A DNA stretch of 64,000 nucleotides from Candidatus Latescibacterota bacterium (lineage in GTDB: Bacteria > Latescibacterota > UBA2968). The notes under the pieces are model-generated. The model searched no databases. It saw only the letters and a program-made list of their open reading frames with translations, and had not been told where the DNA came from. A program made the translations under genes and the position numbers. Positions 18,140-27,291 of this stretch are shown here, piece by piece (the stretch's first letter is position 1; the number at the start of each line of letters is the position of its first letter). The DNA lies in contig OZ240241.1 of assembly GCA_965198115.1 (NCBI GenBank), positions 1,664,001 to 1,728,000 on the forward strand. The letters are read 5' to 3'.

Positions 18140-18622
18140 CTACCCGTCGGAATCATCCGTTTTCTTCAAGGACGCGATCTGCTCGTTTGCCGCTCTCAGC
18201 CTCTTGGAGAGGACGCGCGTCATGTTGAGCACCATACTCAGGTGCGCATCACGATGTGCCTCGAAGAAAAGCCGAAGGGTTTCGAGTGGGAATTCCAGCA
18301 ACATCGCCTCGGGATCCGCCCGGACCGTCGCTGACCTCGGCAACACATCCACGAAAACCATCTCGCCAAAGAAGTCCCCGCGGCGGTGCAGCCGCGTCAA
18401 CTCGACCTTGTTCCCGTCGCCCGTCTTTTTCTCGATGACCACCTCGCCATCGTGAAGGATATACATCGATTCACCGGGCTCCCCCTCCTCCACGATCACG
18501 TTACCATCGCGGAACTGGTGAATCGCGGCCGCGCCGACGAGAGATTCCAGCTCGTCCATGTTCAGGCCGACCAGAAGTGGCGACAGGCTCAATGTATGGT
18601 AGTCGATCTCGCTCATGTTCAC
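18140..18622 (-). CDS. Stand-alone cyclic nucleotide-binding domain protein
   Basis: EGEPGESMYIL, GDFFGEM, PRSATV, LSKRLR; no HTH domain. Confidence 0.9.
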   Translation of the reverse strand: MNMSEIDYHTLSLSPLLVGLNMDELESLVGAAAIHQFRDGNVIVEEGEPGESMYILHDGEVVIEKKTGDGNKVELTRLHRRGDFFGEMVFVDVLPRSATVRADPEAMLLEFPLETLRLFFEAHRDAHLSMVLNMTRVLSKRLRAANEQIASLKKTDDSDG

Positions 18623-18626
18623 TCGT

Positions 18627-19328
18627 TCATCGACGGGTCACACCGTGTCTCAGCGTCAATTCCTGCAGCAGCACGCCGTAGGACGTCCTCAGGCTCGAAT
18701 CGAGACGAAAGGCGTGCCGGTAGGAACGAGCCGCCTCCCGATAAAAACCCTTGGCCGTCAGCACCCGCCCCAGAAGAAGGTAGTTTTCAGCGAAATCGGG
18801 CGCCAGCTCGGTAATCCGCGTGGCCATCTCGTGGGCGGTCTCGAAGTCTCGACGAGCCACGTGAATCCAAGCCTTCCCGAATCGGCTGTGGGGGTTCGTC
18901 GGATCCTTCTCCTCGGCAAGACTGTAGTAGAGGAGGGCGTTGTCGAGGTCTCCCGATCGGTGATACAGATAGCCGAGGCTCGACAGAATACCTGCATCGA
19001 GGGTGTCGATGGCCGCAACCTGCAGACCAGCCTGGATCGACTGCTCCAGGTCATCGAGGTGCAGGTAGCAACTCGCCAAGAGTCGCAGGGCTTGAAGGTG
19101 ACCCGTACGGTGAAGCAGGAAATCGCCCAACTCCGATGCGGCCGAGGCGTAATCCCCGTTTTCCATCGAAAGCCGTACACCGTCGAGACCGGGGTCGAGT
19201 ACGACTCCTGCCGTATCCGGACTCAGGTCGATGTCGGCTGGCTGTAGCAGCGCATCGAGGCCCGTCTGGGCGTATCCGGCCCCGCCGAGCAGGAGCCAAA
19301 CGAACGCCACCACGCAGAACCGACTCAT
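18627..19328 (-). CDS. Secreted tetratricopeptide repeat protein
   Basis: Signal peptide ending GYA; repeated LG.LY...G...A helical TPR pattern. Confidence 0.8.
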   Translation of the reverse strand: MSRFCVVAFVWLLLGGAGYAQTGLDALLQPADIDLSPDTAGVVLDPGLDGVRLSMENGDYASAASELGDFLLHRTGHLQALRLLASCYLHLDDLEQSIQAGLQVAAIDTLDAGILSSLGYLYHRSGDLDNALLYYSLAEEKDPTNPHSRFGKAWIHVARRDFETAHEMATRITELAPDFAENYLLLGRVLTAKGFYREAARSYRHAFRLDSSLRTSYGVLLQELTLRHGVTRR

Positions 19329-19963
19329 CCTACCACTTTCCCCTTCAGATAGAGCAACGAGTATATCCCCAGGACGCCCCCGAACCCTCCGACGACGATC
19401 ACGATGGTCGTGTTCGACAGTCCACCGAGGGTCCCGAGCACTTCTGCGTGCAGCTTGACGAACGCCTCGTTCCCGGGTTCCAGATCGAGCACCCGTTCGA
19501 TGGCTGTCCGCGCTTGGGCTTCCTCACCACGACCGTAATGAATCCGAGCAAGGTTGTAATAGGCCGTGGCGACATCCGGGGACACACGAACCGCCTGGCG
19601 ATACAGCCGCTCGGCAGCCTCCGGCTTCCCCTGTCTTTCGTAGACCGTACCGAGGTTGTTGTAGGCGTCGCCGTCCTTGGGATCCAGCTTGAGCACTTCC
19701 CGATAATACTTCTCTGCAAGGTCGTATCGTTTTTGAACAAAGCAGAGATACGCCAGATTGTAACGCGCATCTCGATGCTTGGGGTCGCGCTTGACGACCT
19801 TGAGATAGAGATCGACCGCCTTTCTCAGATCTTTCGGACGGTCGATACCCAGTTGCGCCTGCTGGGCCTGTTCGAAGAGCGCATCCGTCTCGTCAGCGTG
19901 AAGATACGCCGGGAAAAGCCCTGCCAGGGCCGACACGAAAGTAACCACCCAAACGCGGACCAA
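19325..19963 (-). CDS. TPR protein with signal peptide and C-terminal TM anchor
   Basis: ARYNLA, AYNNLG, AYYNLA repeats; hydrophobic C-terminal helix. Confidence 0.85.
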   Translation of the reverse strand: MVRVWVVTFVSALAGLFPAYLHADETDALFEQAQQAQLGIDRPKDLRKAVDLYLKVVKRDPKHRDARYNLAYLCFVQKRYDLAEKYYREVLKLDPKDGDAYNNLGTVYERQGKPEAAERLYRQAVRVSPDVATAYYNLARIHYGRGEEAQARTAIERVLDLEPGNEAFVKLHAEVLGTLGGLSNTTIVIVVGGFGGVLGIYSLLYLKGKVVG

Positions 19964-20186
19964 TCGTTCCTCTCTGAACAGGACTAAAATGGGAACATCA
20001 GATCGATTCGGGTTCTCAGGCTACTCGCGAACCGAACCTCGTCGAGAGACATGACGATGGGCGGCCGGTGCCTCCATAAGTCGAGGCACAGCTGCGCCGA
20101 GATGTCGAGTCGGCGGCTCGCGAGCCGCGCGACGAGGAAAGAGACCGTCAAGAGTCGGATCACGTCAAGTCCTGTTCAATGCTTAA

Positions 20187-20216
20187 ATCATAGCATCGGC
20201 CTCCAACCGGAGTCAA
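20187..20216 (-). promoter_or_regulatory. sigma70-type promoter for the TPR/TPR/cNMP operon
   Basis: TTGACT-N18-TATGAT with extended TG on the minus strand. Confidence 0.55.
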
Positions 20217-20254
20217 GCTCGATTGGCGATCCAATGTATTTAAGAATCAAGGTG

Positions 20255-21367
20255 TTAGTTGTCCATCGCCCCCTGGTCGATCCAAAGCCGGACCAGCGCC
20301 AGGTCCCCACCGTTCAAAAAAGGCCCGCCCTGCGGCATCCTGTCCCCCAAAATGCCGGCTGAACCGGATATTTTCTGCATCAGGTAACTCGAGTCGGGCG
20401 ACCCGGGTGTCACACGCGGGGTCGTCGGAACCTGGGAGCTGGCCACACCGACCAGCGCCCGCCACGCCGTGTCGGCCGCCATTACCAGACCCTCCCCGGG
20501 GGGAAATCGATCGGATGCCGCGTGGCACCCGACGAACGCACAGTTTTGGTCGAACAGGGGTTGGATGTCCCGCGAAAAACCGGTCTCGGGTCGATAGGAG
20601 AAGGATTCGGACAGGGTGGCCGCACGGAGTCCGTCCGCGCCCATCACGCCGTCGATCTCGATCGTAAGAGAAACGCCCGCGGCGAGCGGCGACGTCGTCG
20701 CAGTCAGCAGGTCCGCTCCGTCGAACATCGTCGACAGAACGCTAACCTCACCCGCATCGGTCGTCACACGAACGGTTGGAATCAGAGCGGAATCGACCGC
20801 CTTCGTGAACGTGATCTGGACGCGGTCTGCCGCCGACGCGACGACGGCCCGGATATCGGGGGGCGTCGGGGGGGCTTTCGTTCGGAGCGCTCCCGCGCCG
20901 ATCCAGTCGCGGATCGCGGCGATCTCCGCAATATCCAAAGGGGGGCGCTCCAGCGGCATGCGGTCCCCAAAAGCCACGCGACCCGCGGAGTCTACGCCCT
21001 CGAGTTTCCAGATGAGCAGGCTGTTGTCGGGGTCGCCAGCGATCACCTGAGGACCGTTCCGGCTCAGAGTCGGGTCGAAGAGCTCATCGTAGCTGACCGG
21101 TGAGGTGAGATCGAGCCCGGCGTCTCTCTCGCCCACGCCTCCTGGCTCGTGGCAACCCCCCGTACACGACCGGTCGAACACATCCTGGACATCTCGATCG
21201 AAGAACGACGAGGTCCCCGACGGGGCGGCCACAATCGGTGCGGTCGTGAAGGTCTGCCGCGTTCGAACATCGCTGCAGGCCACGATCAACACGGCCAGCA
21301 CACAGATCGTCACTGGTGGCAGTAGCCGCAAAAGCCGACACCCCCCGTGCGTGTGTTGACGTGACAC
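20255..21367 (-). CDS. Lipoprotein with two atypical c-type cytochrome domains (CxxxCH, CxxxxCH) flanking an Ig-like domain
   Basis: Lipobox LIVAC. Duplicated module F.RD.Q..FD..C...CH ... SxLxxK ... GDRMP ... WI..GA (planctomycete cytochrome c-like). Start 21367, or GTG 21313 overlapping the upstream stop. Confidence 0.78.
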   Translation of the reverse strand: MSRQHTHGGCRLLRLLPPVTICVLAVLIVACSDVRTRQTFTTAPIVAAPSGTSSFFDRDVQDVFDRSCTGGCHEPGGVGERDAGLDLTSPVSYDELFDPTLSRNGPQVIAGDPDNSLLIWKLEGVDSAGRVAFGDRMPLERPPLDIAEIAAIRDWIGAGALRTKAPPTPPDIRAVVASAADRVQITFTKAVDSALIPTVRVTTDAGEVSVLSTMFDGADLLTATTSPLAAGVSLTIEIDGVMGADGLRAATLSESFSYRPETGFSRDIQPLFDQNCAFVGCHAASDRFPPGEGLVMAADTAWRALVGVASSQVPTTPRVTPGSPDSSYLMQKISGSAGILGDRMPQGGPFLNGGDLALVRLWIDQGAMDN

Positions 21368-22473
21368 GCGTAGCAGGTCGCTCCGTCATCGGTATGGAAG
21401 TCTCCTCGGCCGGCTACGTCGGCGAAGTTCACCCCGTGGGTGGCCGGGTCCGTCCCCCGGACACCATCGAAGTCCACGTGGCACTGCAGACAACTCGGGT
21501 CTGCGGCATCGACGTCGTGACAGGCGATGCATCTTTCGATGTCGCGTCGCGCCCACGATGCGTGACGCCCGCCACCCGACCCCATTCCCGCCACCCAGGG
21601 CTCCGGGTCCTGGGGCAACGGACCGTGCCAGATCGGTTTAAATCGTTCCTCCCTGTCCTCAACGCGGTGGCAATCGATGCAGTAGTCCGGTTCGTGGCAG
21701 GACTGACACCGCCGTTCCTTCCCAGCTGCGTCGAGAGGATGCAGAAATCGATAGTTGGGTTCGTGCTGTCTTTGCACCACCTGCCCGATCCTTCCCCGCG
21801 AACTCGGGGCATAAGTCGGAACCCGGTCGGTCGGACTCGACGCCTGGACCAGGAGAGCGCCGGCGTGGCAGTCCTCGCACCAACTGTCGTCGTGGCATTT
21901 TTCGCACGGCATGTCGTCGGCACGACTGTGTTGTTTGTGTTCGTAAACCCAATCCACCCGGTGAGTCTGTGGTCGAATGACCTCCACCCTGGGATGGCAG
22001 GTCTCACACACCAGCGGGGCGTCAGCGTCCTGGTGACAGGTCAGACAGTCGTCCATGATCGGCCAGTTGTGCCGGCTGGCATAGTCGGTCTCCGTCATCC
22101 CCAGGTGGCACCCCTCGCACGACAGCTGAACCGTCTCGAGATGGTACCCGTGTGGAAACTCGATCAGCCGTTCGGGACTGTCGAACGCGACCCTCTGGAC
22201 GTCGGGCCGGTGACACATTCCACACTGCGTTTCGTCCTCGACCTCGCTGTGACACGTGCCACACGTCGCTTCCTTGGGCAGAATGTTGTCACGCGATCGC
22301 GAGCTCGCAGCCGCCTCCGTATGACAGTCCACACACGTCAAGCCGTAGTCGAGCAGGTGCTCTGCGTGCGAAAAGATGATCAGGGCAGATCGATTCTGCT
22401 CGGGTATCGTCACGTGCGACCTGTCTTCGGCGTGGGCGGCCCACACCATCACAAGTGCGGTGATCAGAATCAT
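21310..22473 (-). CDS. Multiheme c-type cytochrome, 14 CxxCH motifs (387 aa)
   Basis: Signal peptide MILITALVMVWAAHA. CVDCH, CGTCH, CGMCH, CEGCH, CLTCH, CETCH, CEKCH, CEDCH, CQSCH, CIDCH, CIACH, CLQCH, CYACH, CGYCH. ATG 22473 overlaps the upstream TGA. Confidence 0.92.
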   Translation of the reverse strand: MILITALVMVWAAHAEDRSHVTIPEQNRSALIIFSHAEHLLDYGLTCVDCHTEAAASSRSRDNILPKEATCGTCHSEVEDETQCGMCHRPDVQRVAFDSPERLIEFPHGYHLETVQLSCEGCHLGMTETDYASRHNWPIMDDCLTCHQDADAPLVCETCHPRVEVIRPQTHRVDWVYEHKQHSRADDMPCEKCHDDSWCEDCHAGALLVQASSPTDRVPTYAPSSRGRIGQVVQRQHEPNYRFLHPLDAAGKERRCQSCHEPDYCIDCHRVEDREERFKPIWHGPLPQDPEPWVAGMGSGGGRHASWARRDIERCIACHDVDAADPSCLQCHVDFDGVRGTDPATHGVNFADVAGRGDFHTDDGATCYACHVNTRTGGVGFCGYCHQ

Positions 22474-23816
22474 CGAGGCCCACGCTTCGCAAAAATCCAT
22501 CCGGTCGCGCTGAAGAAGAAACGCAGATCGTGTCCGTTTCCCGGAAACGGATTCGCCCGCGTGGCCAGTTTGAGATCCTGAGAGAGATTCTGTCCTTGCA
22601 GGGTGAGGCTGAAGCGTCGCATCGGTCGAATGTGGAGACCCAGCGTCTGCGATGCGACCATCGACCGCGAGCCGCCCGCTTCGTGCGTCTTGAATCGAGT
22701 CAGATTGAAGGACGCCTCGGCCCACACGCGTTCGTGGAGTGTCTTTCGAACGACCGAGGTGACCCCGTCGGAAACGCCACCCGAGCCACGGCGTGCCACG
22801 TATCCGACGACACCGTTGAGCACCTGGGCGCCCGCGTTGAAGCGAGCTCCTCGATCGGAGGCATAGTCCACGAGACTCGCGATCCCGAAGAGCCCGAAGA
22901 AACGGTTGAACCGGTAGGTTCCGCGCAGGGAGTATTCCTGATTTCCGGCCTGGGCGAACACCGCGAAGAGACTGTTCTGGTCAACGTAGGGTGTGCGGTG
23001 TATGAAGTCCGCCGAGAGGGAGGTAGGACCGCGCTGAAAGCGGAGGACGCCCTCGACGCGACGCGTCTTCCAACCGTCCGGGATGCTCGTATCCCACCTG
23101 AAGTACCCCGAAAGTGGGCCGACCTGGCGTCGCAGATCAAGGCCGGCCATTTCCTGCTCGACTTCGCCCGGTTTGATCTCCAAAGCGGAAAGGCCCGCGG
23201 CTTCACGGTACTCTGCGCGATAGGGTTTGGCTTCTCGGCTGCGGCGGTAATAGCTCAGACCCATTGTGGTTCCCGCCAGCGTAGACAGAAACCGACCGCC
23301 GTAGATGTGGCCCTCGCTCCACGACGAGACCCCTTCTTCTCCGGCGGCCACGAGTGTACCCACGTAGAAGTCCCATTCCCCCACTCCGGAAGCGCGGCCC
23401 GATGCACGCAGGCCATCGATCCGACCGACACCCACACCCGACAGGATCGTCTGTCGCCCGAATTTCCCCACGAACCGTCGACCCGCGTCCCGATACCTCA
23501 CGAACCCGTGGTAGAGTCGGTAGGCAGGGTCGCCGCCGATGCCGGCCCTCATCTCCTTCGACATCCTTCCATAGACGTGAAGGGAGACCTCCGGGCGGCC
23601 GACGCCCATCAACCGGACGCGGCCCGTTTGGTAGACCCGGAAGGATCCAGTCGTCACCGAATCCTGAAGCGCCCGCTCGAACGTGTAGAACGCGGATGTG
23701 AACCGACCGGAAAGTGTTGTCCCCCAGACGGTTAAAGATAAAAAGTAGAGTAAACAGAGAAGGAGAAGCCCGCGGATCTGCCAGCCCGTCATCGAGTCGA
23801 ATCTCAGGAAGGTCAT
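22470..23816 (-). CDS. Putative outer-membrane beta-barrel (porin) protein
   Basis: Signal peptide; amphipathic aromatic-rich beta pattern throughout; GRQTILSGVGVGRIDGL; near-terminal FFFSATGWIF. Confidence 0.75.
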   Translation of the reverse strand: MTFLRFDSMTGWQIRGLLLLCLLYFLSLTVWGTTLSGRFTSAFYTFERALQDSVTTGSFRVYQTGRVRLMGVGRPEVSLHVYGRMSKEMRAGIGGDPAYRLYHGFVRYRDAGRRFVGKFGRQTILSGVGVGRIDGLRASGRASGVGEWDFYVGTLVAAGEEGVSSWSEGHIYGGRFLSTLAGTTMGLSYYRRSREAKPYRAEYREAAGLSALEIKPGEVEQEMAGLDLRRQVGPLSGYFRWDTSIPDGWKTRRVEGVLRFQRGPTSLSADFIHRTPYVDQNSLFAVFAQAGNQEYSLRGTYRFNRFFGLFGIASLVDYASDRGARFNAGAQVLNGVVGYVARRGSGGVSDGVTSVVRKTLHERVWAEASFNLTRFKTHEAGGSRSMVASQTLGLHIRPMRRFSLTLQGQNLSQDLKLATRANPFPGNGHDLRFFFSATGWIFAKRGPR

Positions 23817-23890
23817 TCAGGGAGCGGCGGTCGCGGACGCCTCGCTACGGGAGGAACGATCGACTTGCCTGGGCTGTCGGAAATACAAAT

Positions 23891-23980
23891 CCCGGCCTGC
23901 CGATCCGTGTCGTCGTAACGTCCGACGGCGTAGGGAGATCCGTCGGGGGGAAGACGACGGGGGAAAGCCGACAGGCCGGG
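23891..23980 (-). other. Long interrupted hairpin in the 5' leader of the porin-cytochrome operon
   Basis: Minus strand: CCCGGCCUGUCG/CGGCAGGCCGGG, CGUCGU/ACGACG and CCGACGG/CCGUCGG nested helices. Confidence 0.55.
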
Positions 23981-24008
23981 CAAGGTGCCTTTTTCCAATG
24001 ATTTACAA

Positions 24009-24037
24009 AAGGTAATACATGTCCAATGGGGCCGCAA
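24009..24037 (-). promoter_or_regulatory. Possible sigma70 promoter of the porin-cytochrome operon
   Basis: TTGCGG-N17-TACCTT in an AT-rich patch. Confidence 0.45.
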
Positions 24038-24058
24038 GACCACGGGTGTTCGGATCCG

Positions 24059-25192
24059 TCAGGCCAACGTTTTCCACGCTACGGATCCCTCGACCGACTC
24101 GAATGCACCGTTTTTCGGGTTTTCGCTCAGGTTGAACAGAGTCTTTTTGCCGTCCAGACTCCACGATTCGAGCTGAGGCCCGATGTCCGATTGCTGGACC
24201 TTGGTTTCGGCCCAGGTTTCGTCCATCTCGATCACACCCGACGAGGAGTCCTTGACGTGCGAAAGTTGCAGGGCCCTCACGCGGCAGCCGGTGTGGATTT
24301 CTCCCCTAACCCGACACCGCACCGGGACAGCCTGTTCGAGTCCTTCCAGAAGCTCGTTCCGTTCCAGTTGGAGCCCCTCGACATCTTTCCGAAGCTGGTC
24401 CGCCCGTTGTACTATCATCACGTGCTCGCGGAGCTCTTCGATCACTTTTAGGAAAATCCTGTGCCGACTCGGGTTCTGGCTTACGTAACCTTTATTCGTT
24501 CGCGTGATCATGCCCACGACGACTTTCAGATAAAACTCCTGCAGGGCCCTCGCGGCGTCTTGCCTATCTCCCAAGGCATTGTAAAATGCGTTCAGATCGA
24601 CTTTCAGTTCCCCGGGACCCGGAATGAGAATGCTGCCCAGCCGCAAATCGACCTGGGGGTAATCCCGAATGAACTTTCGTGCGCCTGCCCCGACCTTCAC
24701 CTCGAGTGCTGAAAGTTCCTTGTCGATCGTCTGCATGGCGGCACGCTGTCGTTTGAGGTCTGTGATCTCTCCCGAGCGGTAGCCGAGGGAGACGACCGTC
24801 TCTCGGAGATCGCCACGAACTTCCACACCCATGTCCGAGTGAAGTTCGCTGTTTGCAACATCCCCTTGTACGACGATATGACGCGCCCGGATTCGGGCGT
24901 GCTGCACGGCTTTTTCCACGACCAGCGTCTCATCCACTTCTATCTGACACGTACCCCTCTCGTCACCCAGAACATCCCCGTTAATCGAGAGGTGGCCCCG
25001 CCCCGATATGACGCTGCTGCGAAAGACAGCGCCCTGGATCAGTCCGTTCTGATCGCCGAAATTCAGCTCGCCGCTTTCCGCGTTGACTTCGGGTACGACC
25101 CGAACTTCTTCTTCTTCCTCGGCGTGGTCGTCAGGTTCCGGCATAGAGCTCCCTTCCGTGCCCCCACTCCGATTCTCACCTTCCTGCGTCAT
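24059..25192 (-). CDS. Hypothetical protein, FapA/DUF342-like beta-solenoid plus coiled coil
   Basis: Repeated I/VxGDV/L motifs (INGDVLG, VQGDVAN, VRGDLR), a coiled coil, then VRGEIHTG, resembling the FapA C-terminal layout. Confidence 0.55.
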   Translation of the reverse strand: MTQEGENRSGGTEGSSMPEPDDHAEEEEEVRVVPEVNAESGELNFGDQNGLIQGAVFRSSVISGRGHLSINGDVLGDERGTCQIEVDETLVVEKAVQHARIRARHIVVQGDVANSELHSDMGVEVRGDLRETVVSLGYRSGEITDLKRQRAAMQTIDKELSALEVKVGAGARKFIRDYPQVDLRLGSILIPGPGELKVDLNAFYNALGDRQDAARALQEFYLKVVVGMITRTNKGYVSQNPSRHRIFLKVIEELREHVMIVQRADQLRKDVEGLQLERNELLEGLEQAVPVRCRVRGEIHTGCRVRALQLSHVKDSSSGVIEMDETWAETKVQQSDIGPQLESWSLDGKKTLFNLSENPKNGAFESVEGSVAWKTLA

Positions 25193-25576
25193 TACCTAAA
25201 CCGCGAATCTCATCTCTCTTGTTGACCAGTTCCCGGGTCAGGTCGACCAGCCTCTTAATGGTCTCGGTCCTCACCGGCTTCGCCAGTACCAGATCCGTAT
25301 GTTCGAACACATCCTCCGACACTTCCTCCGTATATCCCGACACGATCGCGATCACTGCCCACGGCATCATACCCCGACGACGGACAGGATATCGATGCCG
25401 CTCACGCCCGACATTTTGATGTCCAGCGTGACCAGATCGAATCGCGTCTGGATGGCACGTGCCAGAGCCTCCTCGCCGCTTTCAGCCACCTCGACGAGAT
25501 CCGCCCCCAGCGTTCGAATGCTATCCGACAAAAAATCGCGAACATCCTGATCATCGTCTACGACAAGAGCTTTCAT
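25176..25576 (-). CDS. Single-domain response regulator (CheY-like), 1-nt frameshift near 25372
   Basis: MKALVVDDD...TLDIKMSGVSG in one frame, MMPWAVIAIVSGY...LAKPV in the next; adding one base in CGGGG gives ~133 aa. Confidence 0.85.
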
Positions 25577-25594
25577 GAGTCCTCCCAACTTCCT

Positions 25595-26311
25595 CTACGA
25601 CCCGAACTGTTTCGCAAGTTCCAGAAAGTCGACAAACCCGACCGTTCCATCCCCATCTAAATCGAACCGCGGGTCGAACCCGGACTCGCCGGCCGAAATC
25701 CCAAACCCACTGGCGAACCTCAAAAAGTCGGCAAAGTCGACGCGGCCGCTCCCATCGAAGTCGGCGGAGACCGCGCTCTCCTGCAATCGACCCAGTTGAA
25801 TCACCCCCAGAGGGGAGCCCGCTTCCGGCGCGACGGACGCCGCGAGGGAAGACAGATCGCCAAGCGTGATCGGACGGATCAGCGTGAGAGAGTCGCCTGC
25901 CGCGGTGAAACTGAGGCTATCCGTCGTGTTGGCTGAGGTCAAGACGAGCGTTGTGTCGTCGACCCGGTAGGTGCCCCCTTCCTCCACCGTATCCCTGACG
26001 CTCACCTGAAGAGGGGCACCCAGAACGGTCAGAGCCACATCGACCCGAAGCACATAGGCAAGCGAAAAACCATCCGCCGAATCCAGATTCAGCTGCCCCG
26101 ATACGAGAGCGGTCAGTGCCAGATCGTCGGCTGCGGCCGTAAGCGCCGGATCGGCGTAAACCTGAACGACGACGTCGGCTCCACCCCACAACCCGGCGGG
26201 ATCGCCGCCCGACGCGATCGGCACCTCGTCCAGCGTCTGGCCCGCGGCTGTGGCCGCCGACAAAAGAATGCCCACGAACAGGAAGATCCGACGACTACGT
26301 CCACGATTCAT
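25595..26311 (-). CDS. Secreted protein with C-terminal dockerin/EF-hand-like double repeat
   Basis: Signal peptide from ATG 26311; ADFDGSGRVDFADFLRFASGFG and FDLDGDGTVGFVDFLELAKQFG. Confidence 0.8.
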   Translation of the reverse strand: MNRGRSRRIFLFVGILLSAATAAGQTLDEVPIASGGDPAGLWGGADVVVQVYADPALTAAADDLALTALVSGQLNLDSADGFSLAYVLRVDVALTVLGAPLQVSVRDTVEEGGTYRVDDTTLVLTSANTTDSLSFTAAGDSLTLIRPITLGDLSSLAASVAPEAGSPLGVIQLGRLQESAVSADFDGSGRVDFADFLRFASGFGISAGESGFDPRFDLDGDGTVGFVDFLELAKQFGS

Positions 26312-26467
26312 CGGATAAATATACAACTCCGCGGACCGAGATGAAGCCATCATGTTGCCCTTGAGTTCCCGCGTCGGCCGCGACGAACTTCCCAGCCACA
26401 AGGGGGATTCCTGTGCAACGATCAATTTGGGTGCCCAACCGCCCGTCCGCCCCCAGACCCGAAAGCA

Positions 26468-27291
26468 TCAGGGCCATCGCGTCTCGAACGCGTCCATCCC
26501 CTGGCCATAAACCAGGTCCCCATACACCCGCCATTCGGTCAAGACTCCATCTGCCAGGGGCGCGTCTTCCTGGAGCACACCCAGATTCACGTCCAACTCG
26601 GCCACCGTCGAAGGAGCTGTCATCGCCACCTGAACGGCGGGGTGCGAGAGCGCGAAACGATAGCAGTCGACGGGAGTAGGGACACGCCTCGTCCACTCTG
26701 AGTGGCCCTGGAGGAGAGAACCCCATCGAGTGCACGTGAACGCCACGACGGGGACCTGTGAGTCGAGCGCCGTCGAGAGCAGGTTCGACTCGGACTTTCT
26801 GTGGGCCATGTTGTAACGATGCATCACCACGTCGACGCGACCGGACGCCACAAGACGCTCAGCCAGCGGACGGTCGTGGACGCTCGCACCCACGTACCGG
26901 GTTCTTCCCTGATCCTTGAGCGATTCAATCGTCCGCAGTGCCCCATCCTCACCCAGAATCGTATCGAGATCCTCCTCCGGCGACACATACTCCGCGAAGA
27001 ACACATCCACATCTTCAATGCCAACTCGCTCCGAAACCTCATCGGCGTATGCCAGAATCGCGTCGGGCGATCGGTCTTCTGTACCTGTGGCGACGATCAA
27101 GGACTCCCTGCGATCACGGCAGACACGGCGCAGACCTTCCACCATTCCGTCGAACCGCATCGAGTAGAAAACAGGTAGTTCACGCCAGCCCGCACAGCCC
27201 GGTCCACCATCTGCGGCGTGGTGCGATCGTTGCCCCCGAGACCCAGGACAGACGCCCGTTCTCCTTCCCGACTGTGAATCGGATTATTCAC
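26468..27291 (-). CDS. Aldo/keto reductase family protein, 1-nt frameshift near 27167
   Basis: N-terminal SVLGLGG...AGVNYLF in one frame, then YVGASVHDR, MHRYNMAHR, YRFALSHPAV; a missing T in the T-run would restore ~274 aa. Confidence 0.82.

Noticed and set aside
22474-22725. N-terminal extension of the multiheme cytochrome ORF
   Set aside because: Lies inside the porin gene; the signal peptide and ATGA coupling indicate a start at 22473
23891-23980. SRP RNA, 6S RNA or c-di-GMP riboswitch
   Set aside because: Lacks the SRP domain-IV GGAAGGAAGCAGC core and the GEMM GCAAA/GNRA motifs, and is about half the size of 6S; kept only as an unknown leader
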